Below the pieces are notes generated by a model. The model made no database searches. It saw only the letters and a program-made list of their open reading frames with translations, and was not told where the DNA came from. Of a stretch of 64,000 bases of DNA, positions 51,405 to 60,710 are shown piece after piece. The DNA is from Alphaproteobacteria bacterium. GTDB lineage: Bacteria; Pseudomonadota; Alphaproteobacteria; GCA-2731375. The position numbers and the translations under genes were made by a program. How positions within the stretch are numbered: the first letter of the stretch is position 1; each line of letters opens with the position of its first letter. Location: the NCBI GenBank assembly GCA_965232515.1, contig CBDDPY010000002.1, positions 6,144,001 to 6,208,000 on the forward strand. Direction: 5' to 3'.

Positions 51405-51441
51405 CGTCGGCGCGGTTCGCTGGCTTTGGCTGTGATCCGCA

Positions 51442-51672
51442 TCAGACTCTATAGAGCAGCGGCCGAAGCAGGGAGCCGTGAGAGTTCACGTCCGGCGCCT
51501 GGAAGGCTTCGAACACGACCTCCTGATCGTCGTCGCCGGCGGCGATCGTGCGAACGGCAGCCTGACGATAACGGCCCGAGCGCACGATGTCGTCGTAGAG
51601 CTCGTAGGCCTCGCGGCGCTTCAGGGTGACGCCGCACGGCTTGTCATTCTTGATGACGATATAGACCTGCAT
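51442..51672 (-). CDS. Small hypothetical protein
   Basis: GAGG RBS; host-like codon use; downstream of the DUF1127 gene. Confidence 0.55.
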   Translation of the reverse strand: MQVYIVIKNDKPCGVTLKRREAYELYDDIVRSGRYRQAAVRTIAAGDDDQEVVFEAFQAPDVNSHGSLLRPLLYRV

Positions 51673-51704
51673 GGCTGCCTCGCTAAATCAAAGGTTCGGG
51701 GTGG

Positions 51705-51917
51705 TCAAAACAGCTTTCGGACTTCCCGATCGACGTCGGCACGCGTCAGGCCGACATCGCGGAGCATCCGGTCGTCCAGCCGCGACAGCGCGGAGCGCTC
51801 GTTGACGCGCATCTGCCAGTCCAGCACGGCCTGACAGATCCGCGCCGGCAGGTTGCTGCTAAAGGTATGGGTGGCGGTGGTCCGGCCATGGCCGGCGGTT
51901 GTCATATGGGCGGTCAT
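51705..51917 (-). CDS. DUF1127 small protein
   Basis: ERSALSRLDDRMLRDVGLTRADV. Confidence 0.88.
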   Translation of the reverse strand: MTAHMTTAGHGRTTATHTFSSNLPARICQAVLDWQMRVNERSALSRLDDRMLRDVGLTRADVDREVRKLF

Positions 51918-52064
51918 CTGGGCACCCTCGATATCTTCCGTTGTGCGGATCAGTCCGCTTCATCCGTTCGTGGCATAGATGGGGTGCGGCTGTTTCCGCT
52001 TGATGTCGTGCAAGCGGCTGAATTGCTTCAATTGTTTCGCGCTCGGTGGGTCGGGCCGGCGGTC

Positions 52065-53537
52065 CTATTCCTGGACCCCATAGCGCGTGCGGATCTCGAT
52101 CAGGTCGCGGCGAAGGGCGTCGCGATTCCGGATCGGAAAGGTGTCCTGCAGCAGGGGCGGGCCGATGTTCTCGTTGACCCGATCGACGGCCGTGAGCAGG
52201 GCGCGCGCGGTCGGATTCAGGCGGTCGAGCGACAGGGCCTTGTCCAGATCGCCGAGCAGTGATTCGTCAATCCGGCGGGTCAGGCCGGCATTGGCGATCG
52301 CGCGAATGGCGTAGGCGTTGGGATCGTAGGGCGTGAGGTCGACCGCACGATCGAAGGCGCGCAACGCCTCGGGTGGGTTCGCGCCCTTGCCGATCAACGT
52401 CGTCGCGCCGAGGAACTGGTAGGCCGTCGCGAGGTTCACGTTACGCGCGTCGGGACCGGCGGTCTCGATATAGCGCCGGAAGTGGGCTGCCGCCTGTCCG
52501 TAGTTGCTGAGGCCATGGCGCAGCATGCCGGCGACGAAGTCGATCGCCGGCAATGAATACCGGTCGTCGACGAGACCGGCCCAGATCCAGGCAGGTCCGA
52601 AATCGAAGTCCAGCCGATACCATTTCAGCCACTTGCCGCGCTCCTTCACGAAGCGCTGATCGAGCACGGCGAAGCGGCCGTCGATGATGCGGGTGTCGAT
52701 GCGCTCGGCCGAGACGCTGGGCGCGGCGCGGATGTTGCCGGAGCGCTGGCGGCCGACCACGTAAGCCGGCGGGATATCGACCGGGCTGTCCTCCCGCATC
52801 TCCAGATAACCAATCGTGCCATCCGGCGTTTCGACCTCGGCCCAGACGTCGCGCATGTCGCGCATGCTGAGCGCGGTCTGCGCCGGCAGGCGCGCGATCA
52901 CCGTCGAACCGGCATCAGGCGCCTGGCGCAGCGTTGCCTGCCGCCGGGTAACGACGGCCCGCGTGAACAGGTCGCGGAGCTGGATGCGCTGGGTGCGGAA
53001 GCTGAATTGCGTGCGCGACAATTCGGCCGAAAACCCCGGCAGCGGCGTGCGCCGACCCCGTGCGTAGACGCCCAGCAACGGCTGCGCGCCACGCACTTCG
53101 GGCAGCAGCGACAGGTACGGGTGCAGGAATAACAGGTCGTCGTTGACCTCGACCACGGCCCAGAGCGCCAACCAGGTTTTCTGGCTGCGGGCGATCTGGA
53201 CGGCGGCTTGATGGTAGTCGCGGCGCAATAGCTCGGTCAGGCGTTGACCTTCCGGCGGCCGGGCTAGGATCACGCCGACGCCGGACTGGTCACTGACCGC
53301 GCTCAGCAATTCGCGCCAGAGCACGAAGCCGACCGCCTTGCCGCGGCCGGTGTCGCCGGGATCGAGCGCTTCCGTCACCAGCGCCTTGTTGGTCAGATGC
53401 GTCAGCGCCTCCGGTGTCGATCCCGGTTCGTGCGTCGGCGTGAAGTCGGTGATCACGGCGCCGGCGTTGGCGAAGCTGGGCAGCAGCGCAAGGATCGCGG
53501 CGGCGGTCAGGCGGCGGAACTGGTTGGCGACAGGCAT
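52065..53537 (-). CDS. Exported protein with two SH3b-like domains and TPRs
   Basis: Signal peptide; LRQAPDAGSTVIARL..WAEV..GYL; NIRAAPS..WYRL..WIW; AFDRAVDLTPYDPNAY. Confidence 0.75.
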   Translation of the reverse strand: MPVANQFRRLTAAAILALLPSFANAGAVITDFTPTHEPGSTPEALTHLTNKALVTEALDPGDTGRGKAVGFVLWRELLSAVSDQSGVGVILARPPEGQRLTELLRRDYHQAAVQIARSQKTWLALWAVVEVNDDLLFLHPYLSLLPEVRGAQPLLGVYARGRRTPLPGFSAELSRTQFSFRTQRIQLRDLFTRAVVTRRQATLRQAPDAGSTVIARLPAQTALSMRDMRDVWAEVETPDGTIGYLEMREDSPVDIPPAYVVGRQRSGNIRAAPSVSAERIDTRIIDGRFAVLDQRFVKERGKWLKWYRLDFDFGPAWIWAGLVDDRYSLPAIDFVAGMLRHGLSNYGQAAAHFRRYIETAGPDARNVNLATAYQFLGATTLIGKGANPPEALRAFDRAVDLTPYDPNAYAIRAIANAGLTRRIDESLLGDLDKALSLDRLNPTARALLTAVDRVNENIGPPLLQDTFPIRNRDALRRDLIEIRTRYGVQE

Positions 53538-53540
53538 GGC

Positions 53541-54608
53541 TCAGCCGCCCTCGAGCTTGCTGAGTTCGCCGTCGACGATGGCGATCAGGCGAGTGAGCGG
53601 CCGCACTTTGGCCTGCTCGTCGGCGCCATACTCCGACCGTTTGGCGACGAGCCGGCCGTGCACTTGTCGCAGCGCGTCGGCGTCGCGGCCGGCGCTGGCC
53701 GCCTGGATCTGGCGAATCGAGATGGCCAGCAGTGTGTGCAGCGCCCAGTTATCGCTGAGCTGTTCGTAGAGATCCGGCGAATTCAGGCGGGCCGTCGGCA
53801 CCTGATCGTCGATGAACAGCGCGCCTGTGCGGAAGCGCGGCAGTTGCGGCACCACGAAATAGTGCGACGACAGGCGCACGGCGTCGGGTTGGGCCGATCC
53901 GGCTGGCTGTCCGAACCCGCCGACCAGCGCCAGCGCCTCGACGAACTCGCCGATCTGACGGAGGCGTTCGGTATCGCTGCGCTTGACGGCGAGATCCGTG
54001 ATCGTGGTGATGCCGATCTCCGGCGGCGGCTGGAGCAGCGGATCGTCGCTGTTAAAGGCGCTCTCCTGCAGACCGGTGTTAATAACCCGATGCAGCGACC
54101 AGGCGAGAGCGTCGAGATCGACTTGACCGGCGTCCGCGCCGCCGCCGATCAGGTACGGCATCAAGAAGATCGTCGTGCCGCCAGGTCGGCGCAGCGGATC
54201 GAGCAGCGCGCGCTCGTCATTGCTCAGGCCCGTGCCGCCGGCGAGCCGCGGCATCCGCACCAGCAGATCGCCGCAATTGACGCTGCCGGCCGGGGCGCAG
54301 GGCAGAACCCGAACGACCGGTTCGTGGTCCGGCTTCTCGAAGCTGAGCGTGACGTCGGGCAGGCGGGCGACATAACCGGGAAACAGCGTCGCCAGTTCCA
54401 ACCGAAAGCGGCCGGCGGCGTCGGTCTCGGCGGCCGCCTGGCGGATCTTGGCGCCATACTCGACGCCGATTGCGGTGCCGGCGACGGGCGTGTTGCCCGG
54501 CCCAAAGGCCACACGGCCCTCCAGCGTCGGCGCCTGTGCGGCGGCGCCGAGCGGCAGCAGCGACAGGAGTAGAGCCGAACAGAGGCTTGCCATGCGTGAT
54601 GCGATCAT
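53541..54608 (-). CDS. Exported protein with carboxypeptidase-regulatory-like beta-sandwich
   Basis: Signal peptide; GRV..PVAG..TDAAGRFRL; ATGA overlap with the upstream gene. Confidence 0.65.
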   Translation of the reverse strand: MIASRMASLCSALLLSLLPLGAAAQAPTLEGRVAFGPGNTPVAGTAIGVEYGAKIRQAAAETDAAGRFRLELATLFPGYVARLPDVTLSFEKPDHEPVVRVLPCAPAGSVNCGDLLVRMPRLAGGTGLSNDERALLDPLRRPGGTTIFLMPYLIGGGADAGQVDLDALAWSLHRVINTGLQESAFNSDDPLLQPPPEIGITTITDLAVKRSDTERLRQIGEFVEALALVGGFGQPAGSAQPDAVRLSSHYFVVPQLPRFRTGALFIDDQVPTARLNSPDLYEQLSDNWALHTLLAISIRQIQAASAGRDADALRQVHGRLVAKRSEYGADEQAKVRPLTRLIAIVDGELSKLEGG

Positions 54609-55174
54609 CGGTCCTCGCGGCATTCGAACGAGACCACGATATCGGCGCCTGCGCGCAGGCGCGGTAGCGACAATGGCTGGCGCTGCGGCGCGCAATCGCT
54701 GGTCGTCAGCACCAGCATCTGCGGTCGCGCGGCGACGCCACCTGCATAGGCCAGACTAAAGCGGCCATTGGTCGTGTCAACGCGGCCGCCCTCGGTCTGC
54801 ATCTCGCGGCCGCGCGCGTCCAGCAGCCTGACCCGCAGATCGGTCGGCATCGTCCCGGAACCGGCCTCAACGGTGCCTGTCACGATTCCCGGCAGCGGCC
54901 AGAGCCAGCCGCCGATCCAGAACGCCGCCACGAACAGAACCAGGAGGCCGCTGCCGAGACTCGCGATCAGCGCCAGCGGCGCGTCGAGCGGTTTTGGCCA
55001 AGCACGCCGTAGCGACAGTGCCAGCAGCAGGACGGCAACGGCAAAAATGCCGATCTGCACGCCGACGAGCGGCAGTTCGATGCCGGCGAACGCCAGCACG
55101 CCCTCGATCCGCTCGACCAGGAGGCGCGGATAGTCGATGACGGACAGCGGATCGTCGAGATCGAGCTCGGCCAT
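54605..55174 (-). CDS. Hypothetical membrane protein (2 TM + beta domain)
   Basis: Two hydrophobic helices, then VTGTV..VRLLD..NGRFSL. Confidence 0.65.
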   Translation of the reverse strand: MAELDLDDPLSVIDYPRLLVERIEGVLAFAGIELPLVGVQIGIFAVAVLLLALSLRRAWPKPLDAPLALIASLGSGLLVLFVAAFWIGGWLWPLPGIVTGTVEAGSGTMPTDLRVRLLDARGREMQTEGGRVDTTNGRFSLAYAGGVAARPQMLVLTTSDCAPQRQPLSLPRLRAGADIVVSFECREDR

Positions 55175-55284
55175 GCGGTTGCGTCCCGCGTTTGCGAATC
55201 GATGCCATCATATCGTCAATTCACCGGTTGCCGGCAGCGGCCGGGCCCGCGGCGTTCCGCGAGCCCGGCGTCTGCGCGGACGCG

Positions 55285-56685
55285 TCAGGCCTGCGCCGCC
55301 AGCGCGACGATGTCGGCCATGCGGAACGTGTCGGCGTCGGCGCGCGGTAGGGTCGGCGTCCAGCCGGGGTCGGCGCAGAGGTAGGCCGTCGAATCGAGCT
55401 GCATCAGCCCGACCAGCACCTCGGCGACGATATGGCCGCCGACCGGACCCAGCTTGCGGCCGTCGCGGCGGATCTCCGACTCCTTCAGGATGTAGTACCA
55501 GAGCGGCGCCCCATCACTGAACTTCGCCGCCAGCGACGGCGCGACGCCGTTCCAGAGCTGGCCGTGGTCGAGCGGTGAAATGTTCATGGCCGCGGCCACG
55601 TGCTCGCCCGCCGGCAGACCGTAGGTCCAGTGCCGCAGCAGATTGCGCGAGGCGAGCGAGGCCATGGACGGATCGGCGTCCGGGCCGACGATCGGCGCCG
55701 GCAGCTCGAGCAACGATGGGTCGATCTTGGTGTCGATCTTGTGCGAGAGCTGCGGTGCGCCGCTGCCGGTGTCGAAGAAGGCGGCCCAATCGACCACCTC
55801 GTCGTCGCTCGTCACCGGCTGGAAACCGCGTCCGAAGGCGGCCGAGAACAGGCCGTGCGCCTGCGCCTGCGGCTGCAGCCTCATGGTCGGGGGCACCTGG
55901 CTGTGGCCGTAGCGATAGGCCGCGACCGAGAACTCGACCGGCATGTAGACGCGCTTATGCGGGCGGTAGAAACGCCGCCAGTGGATGGCGCGCCGGGTGC
56001 GCCGACGGCCGGCGATCTTCGGCAGGAACTCATGCACAACCATCCACTGATAGTGCCAGCGCACCAGACGCTGGGCCTCCTCGAACAGCGGCTTGCCGGC
56101 AAGACCGTGCGCGCTCGCCAGGTGATCGACGACGGCGTTGTGGAACTTCAGGAACATGAGCTGAAGCTGCGAGACCACGCGGTTCTCGTCGTTGCGCGGA
56201 TCGCCGATGAGCGCGCGCTGCGGCTGCTCGGTGCCACCGACGTCCTCACGGTTGCGGGGCAAGTCGGTGCCGTCGCGGCCGGTCAGCAGCTTGATGCCGG
56301 CGAACTCACCGTTGTTCAAATAGAGGTACGGCGATGCCTCGGGACCCCGCCCATAGACGCAATCCAGGTCGAGCGCCGGTGTACGCACATTGACGACGTC
56401 GCGCGGACGCGACCGGGCGTCGAGGCTGCTGGTCGTGTCAAGCGTGATGTCATGATCGATGAACTGGCCGAGAAAAACGAACCCCAGGGGCACGTCGGGA
56501 TTCTCGGCCGGGTGCGCGCCGGCATTCATCGGGCCGGCGGCCGCGCCGAGCTCGATCAGCGCCTCGCGTTCGATCCTGAGAGATTCGAGATAGCCGAACA
56601 TGCGGCCGAAGGTGGTGCCGTCCTGATCGGACCGGCCCCGGTGGCCGATGACGGACGAATGCGGTTCAAATCCATGGGATGCCAT
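55285..56685 (-). CDS. Heme peroxidase (peroxidase-cyclooxygenase superfamily)
   Basis: GQFIDHDIT, LDLDCVYG, GDPRNDEN, EFSVAAYRYGHS, PLWYYILKE; start placed at MASHG. Confidence 0.88.
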   Translation of the reverse strand: MASHGFEPHSSVIGHRGRSDQDGTTFGRMFGYLESLRIEREALIELGAAAGPMNAGAHPAENPDVPLGFVFLGQFIDHDITLDTTSSLDARSRPRDVVNVRTPALDLDCVYGRGPEASPYLYLNNGEFAGIKLLTGRDGTDLPRNREDVGGTEQPQRALIGDPRNDENRVVSQLQLMFLKFHNAVVDHLASAHGLAGKPLFEEAQRLVRWHYQWMVVHEFLPKIAGRRRTRRAIHWRRFYRPHKRVYMPVEFSVAAYRYGHSQVPPTMRLQPQAQAHGLFSAAFGRGFQPVTSDDEVVDWAAFFDTGSGAPQLSHKIDTKIDPSLLELPAPIVGPDADPSMASLASRNLLRHWTYGLPAGEHVAAAMNISPLDHGQLWNGVAPSLAAKFSDGAPLWYYILKESEIRRDGRKLGPVGGHIVAEVLVGLMQLDSTAYLCADPGWTPTLPRADADTFRMADIVALAAQA

Positions 56686-56762
56686 GTCGCTGTGCTCCGT
56701 TGGTTGTGAACAACGAACGGCCCGAACCCTTGCGGGAAACACTAGGCGGCGAAGGCGACGGA

Positions 56763-56784
56763 GCTTGTGAGTGCCTTCACAAGC
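56763..56784. promoter_or_regulatory. CRP-family site / palindrome upstream of the peroxidase
   Basis: GCT-TGTGA-GTGCCT-TCACA-AGC contains a perfect TGTGA-N6-TCACA; could also act as an RNA hairpin after the methyltransferase gene. Confidence 0.55.
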
Positions 56785-56801
56785 GAATTGGCACGGCGCT
56801 T

Positions 56802-57602
56802 TTAAGCGTCTGATGTGGCGGCGACGAGGAGCGTGAAGGCGGCGTGGCGATGCCAGCGTTCGAGCCAGGGATTGGCCGCGATCAGCGCGGCGTCGGGCTG
56901 CGGCTCGGCGATGCGGGTGATGCGAAATCCGGCCATGCAGAGACCGTTCACGTAGTGTTCCAAACGAAATGGAAAGTGCGGCACGACGAACGGTTCGGCC
57001 GTTGCCGTCTCGGGCGCCTTGGAAAAGCGCCAGCGTTCGACCGCGGCGCGCTCGCCGAAATAGTCGGCGACGGTCACATGGTCGGGGACATCCGAGCCCT
57101 GCTGCGGGTTGAAGCCGGGCGTCATGAAGCAGGGGTGCAGGACGCTGAAATAGAGTGCGCCGCCAGGTCGCAACACGCGATGGGCGGCACGCGCGGCGGC
57201 AGCGAAGTCTGGGCTGTCCATCAGCGCCATGGTCGAGACCGCGGCGTCGAAGCTGTCGTCGGGGATGCCGTCCAGCCGCGTGAAGGAAGCGGTCTGATAG
57301 GCGATGCCCAACGGCTCCTCGGTCTCGGCGGCGCTGGCCGCCGCAACCATGCGCGGAGAGATGTCAATGCCGGTCATGCGAGCGCCACGGCGGGCGAACT
57401 CGCGGGTATTACGGCCTTCGCCGCAGCCGAGATCGATCACCTGCCGGCCGTTCATGTCCGGCAGAAAATCGAGGAAGGCCGGCAAACTGATCAGTTCGCG
57501 ATAACGGTCGTAGCCCGCCCGCACGTGCGCCGTCCAGGTCGGTGCGTTCGCGTCCCAGGCCGCCGCAACCTCGGTCTCGCCGATCTCGTTCCGTCTGGTC
57601 AT
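56802..57602 (-). CDS. Class I SAM-dependent methyltransferase
   Basis: IDLGCGEG, GIDIS, RVLRPGG, HPCF; real start MTRRNE lies inside the long ORF. Confidence 0.88.
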   Translation of the reverse strand: MTRRNEIGETEVAAAWDANAPTWTAHVRAGYDRYRELISLPAFLDFLPDMNGRQVIDLGCGEGRNTREFARRGARMTGIDISPRMVAAASAAETEEPLGIAYQTASFTRLDGIPDDSFDAAVSTMALMDSPDFAAAARAAHRVLRPGGALYFSVLHPCFMTPGFNPQQGSDVPDHVTVADYFGERAAVERWRFSKAPETATAEPFVVPHFPFRLEHYVNGLCMAGFRITRIAEPQPDAALIAANPWLERWHRHAAFTLLVAATSDA

Positions 57603-57694
57603 GCTGGGCTCGCGGCGCGGATGTCGATCGCCCGTATCTACCGCATCGACCGGCGGCGCGCCAATGATGGCGGAAGATAAAGATGCGTGGCGCG

Positions 57695-59005
57695 TTAACC
57701 CGGCCGGGTGCGCATGTTTTCCGGGAGCCAGGTGGCGAGGTCGGGGAAGGCGATCAGCACGAAGACCATGACCACCATGATCAGGAACATCGGCAGTGCG
57801 GCGATGGCGATGTAGCTCATCTCGTGCCGCGTCATGCCTTGCAGGACGAACAGGTTGAAGCCGATGGGCGGCGTGATCTGCGCCATCTCGACGACGACGA
57901 CGATGAAGATGCCGAACCAGATCACGTCGATGCCGGCCTGGCGGATCATCGGCTCGACCACGGCCATGGTCAGCACCACCGACGAGATGCCGTCCAGGAA
58001 ACAGCCGATGATGATGTAGAACACCATCAACGCCAGGATCAGCACGGTTGGCGACAGGTCGAGCGTGTCGATCCAGCCGGCGAGCGCCCGCGGCAGCCCG
58101 GTGAAGCCCATGGACAGTGACAGAAAGGCCGCGCCGGCCAGGATCAGCGCGATCATCGCCGAGGTCCGGGTCGCGCCCATCAGGCTCTCGGTGAAAGTCG
58201 CCCAGGTCAGCGAGCCCTGGCTGGCGGCCAGGATCAGCGAGCCGATGACGCCGAAGGCCGCGGCCTCGGTGGCGGTGGCGACGCCGAGATACATGGAGCC
58301 GATGACCAGCATGATCAGCAAGATCACCGGGATCAGAAAGCGCGAATTCTTGAGCTTTTCCAGCAACGGGCGTTTCGGCTCGGGCGCGGGCTGCAGGTCG
58401 CGCCGGATCAGCGCCCAGACGGCGACGTAGCCCATGAACATCAGCGCCAGCACCAGGCCCGGCAGCAGGCCGGCGATGAACAGCTTGGAGATCGACTCGT
58501 TGATCGTGACGCCGTAGACAATCAGCGTCAGCGACGGCGGGATCATCAGGCCCAGCGTGGCGGCGCCGGCCAACGTGCCGATCGTCATCTTTTCGGCGTA
58601 GTTCCGCCTGCGCAGCTCGGGAATCGACATCTTGCCGACCGTGGTCAGCGTGGCGGCGGACGAACCGGAAACGGCGGCGAAGATCGTGCAGCCGACGATG
58701 TTGGTGTGCAGGAGGCCGCCCGGCAGCGGCGCCATCCAAGGCGCCAAGCCCTTGAACATGTCTTCCGACAGGCGGGTTCGGAACAGGATCTCGCCCATCC
58801 AGATGAACAGCGGCAGAGCGGTCAGCGACCAGGACGACGACGCTGTCCAGATCGTGGTGATCATGGCGTCGCCGGCCGGCCGCGACGTGAACAGCTCCAT
58901 GCCGACGAAAGCCACGCCCATCAGCGCCAGGCCGACCCAGACACCGGTGCCCAGCAACAGGAACAGGACGAAGAGGAAGATGGCCGTGAGCGCGAGCTGT
59001 TCCAT
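57695..59005 (-). CDS. dctM: TRAP transporter large permease
   Basis: ALPLFIWMGE, FAAVSGSS, LGLMIPPS, QITPPIGFNLFV. Confidence 0.93.
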   Translation of the reverse strand: MEQLALTAIFLFVLFLLLGTGVWVGLALMGVAFVGMELFTSRPAGDAMITTIWTASSSWSLTALPLFIWMGEILFRTRLSEDMFKGLAPWMAPLPGGLLHTNIVGCTIFAAVSGSSAATLTTVGKMSIPELRRRNYAEKMTIGTLAGAATLGLMIPPSLTLIVYGVTINESISKLFIAGLLPGLVLALMFMGYVAVWALIRRDLQPAPEPKRPLLEKLKNSRFLIPVILLIMLVIGSMYLGVATATEAAAFGVIGSLILAASQGSLTWATFTESLMGATRTSAMIALILAGAAFLSLSMGFTGLPRALAGWIDTLDLSPTVLILALMVFYIIIGCFLDGISSVVLTMAVVEPMIRQAGIDVIWFGIFIVVVVEMAQITPPIGFNLFVLQGMTRHEMSYIAIAALPMFLIMVVMVFVLIAFPDLATWLPENMRTRPG

Positions 59006-59014
59006 GCCGCCGTC

Positions 59015-59551
59015 CTATTCGCCGTGACTCTGTTCGACGGTGTCGGACTCGATGCCGTGGGCGCCGAAGAACAGGATCCGGACGAGGTTGTCGACCAGCG
59101 CCACCGCCAGCAGCACGGTGCCGGCGGCCATGACGAGCTGCGGGATCCAGATCGGCGTAGCGTCCTGGCCCTGGCTGATATCGTTCAGCTTGTACGACCA
59201 GTAGACGGCGCGGATGGCGTAGTAGGCGAAATAGCAGGACAGCGCGCTGGCGACGGCGAAACACCAGATCTCGGCCCAGCGCCGGTAACGGCCGAGCTTG
59301 CTCAACAGCAGGCTGACGCGGATATGCGCGCCACGGCTAAGCGCGTGGGCGAAGGCGAAGAACGAGGCGCCGGCCATGCAGTAGCCGGCATAGTCCGTCG
59401 AGCCCGGAAAGACCTGCCCGGTCCAGCGCGCCGCCATCTGCAGCACGATGATCACTAGGATTGCGATCAGAAAGCCGGCCGCGACCATGCCACCGGCGAA
59501 GTAGAGCCGGTCGAGGATGGCACGCAGGCCGTTGCCGATGGCCTTCACCAT
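59015..59551 (-). CDS. dctQ: TRAP transporter small permease
   Basis: 4 TM; GAHIRVSLL; PIWIPQ. Confidence 0.9.
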   Translation of the reverse strand: MVKAIGNGLRAILDRLYFAGGMVAAGFLIAILVIIVLQMAARWTGQVFPGSTDYAGYCMAGASFFAFAHALSRGAHIRVSLLLSKLGRYRRWAEIWCFAVASALSCYFAYYAIRAVYWSYKLNDISQGQDATPIWIPQLVMAAGTVLLAVALVDNLVRILFFGAHGIESDTVEQSHGE

Positions 59552-59588
59552 GACATTGCTACCAACCGTGAACCGCCAGTGGTGTTAC

Positions 59589-59621
59589 CGGACGCGGCGG
59601 CCACCACAGCCGTCGCGTCCG
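59589..59621 (-). other. Intercistronic stem-loop after dctP
   Basis: CGGACGCGGCGGC-CACCACA-GCCGTCGCGTCCG. Confidence 0.55.
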
Positions 59622-59666
59622 TCCGCTTCCAGACCAGGTTGGCAAGACCGTTAACGGACCCGTCGC

Positions 59667-60644
59667 CTACATGCTCTTGAAGCTGTCGACGATGGCTTTG
59701 CCGTTGCCGCCAGCCTGGCCAAGCCATTCCTCGGTCATCGTCTCGCCAATCTTCATCAGGTCGGCGCGTAGCGTGTCGCCCGCCTTCACCACCTGCATGC
59801 CGCCCTCGCGCAGACCCTTGAGGGTGAACTGCGTGTAGTCGACGGCGCGCTTCAGGCCGTTCGCGGCGGCTTCGTCTGCGCAGCTGCGCAGCACGCCCTG
59901 GGTCCCGCTGTCGAGGCCTTCCCAGGCGTCCTTGTTGGCGAAGATGTGATTGCGCGGCAGCCAGGCATCGACCTCGTAGAAGTGGGTCAGATGCTCCCAG
60001 ACCTTGCGGTCGTAACCGGTGGCGCCGGAGGAGATGAAGGACTCGGCGACACCTGTGGCGAGCGCCTGCGACAGCTCGGCCGCCTCGATCTGTACGGGCA
60101 GCATGCCGGCGAGCTCGGCCAGGCGCGCCGTCGCGGTGTTGTAGGAGCGGAATTTGATGCCGCGCATGTCGGCGACGCCGTTCACGGGCTTTTTGAAATA
60201 AAGGCCCTGCGGTGGCCAGGGTACCGAATAGAGCAGCACGAGGTTCTGTTCTTCGAGCAGCTTCTCGATGGTCGGGCGCGCCGCCTTCCAGAGCCTTTCG
60301 GAATCTTCGAACGAGGTTGCCAGGAACGGGATCGAGTCGACGCCGAAGATGGCGTTCTCGTTCTGATGCGCCGACAGCAGCCGCTCGCCGATCGGCGTCT
60401 GGCCGGTCTGCACGGCGCGCTTGATCTCGTTGCCCTTGAACAGCGAGCCGGACGGGTGGGTGACGATCTCCAGCTTGCCGCCGCTGCCGGCGGTAACGCA
60501 TTTCGCGAACGCCGCGCCGTTCTCCGAGTGGTAGTTCGTCGCGGCATAGGCCATGGGCATGTCCCATTTCTCCGCCGCGGTCGCGCTGGTGGCCAACAGG
60601 CCGACCGTCGCCAAGACGCTAAGGCTTGTCTTGATGAAGTTCAT
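59667..60644 (-). CDS. dctP: TRAP transporter substrate-binding protein
   Basis: Signal peptide; HPSGSLFKG, DMRGIKFR, ELSQALATG. Confidence 0.92.
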   Translation of the reverse strand: MNFIKTSLSVLATVGLLATSATAAEKWDMPMAYAATNYHSENGAAFAKCVTAGSGGKLEIVTHPSGSLFKGNEIKRAVQTGQTPIGERLLSAHQNENAIFGVDSIPFLATSFEDSERLWKAARPTIEKLLEEQNLVLLYSVPWPPQGLYFKKPVNGVADMRGIKFRSYNTATARLAELAGMLPVQIEAAELSQALATGVAESFISSGATGYDRKVWEHLTHFYEVDAWLPRNHIFANKDAWEGLDSGTQGVLRSCADEAAANGLKRAVDYTQFTLKGLREGGMQVVKAGDTLRADLMKIGETMTEEWLGQAGGNGKAIVDSFKSM

Positions 60645-60710
60645 TCGGCTTCTCCATGACGACCCCCAGAATCAGAGGCAATTTAGTAGCATGTGATGTT
60701 GAGAATGTGC

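Noticed and set aside
56789-56803. TGGCAC-N5-TTTT on the plus strand
   Set aside because: No -12 GC, and it points into the 3' end of an opposite-strand gene.
57603-59264. Upstream part of the 820-aa ORF, suggesting a long methyltransferase fusion
   Set aside because: Off-frame overlap with dctM/dctQ; the real gene starts at 57602.
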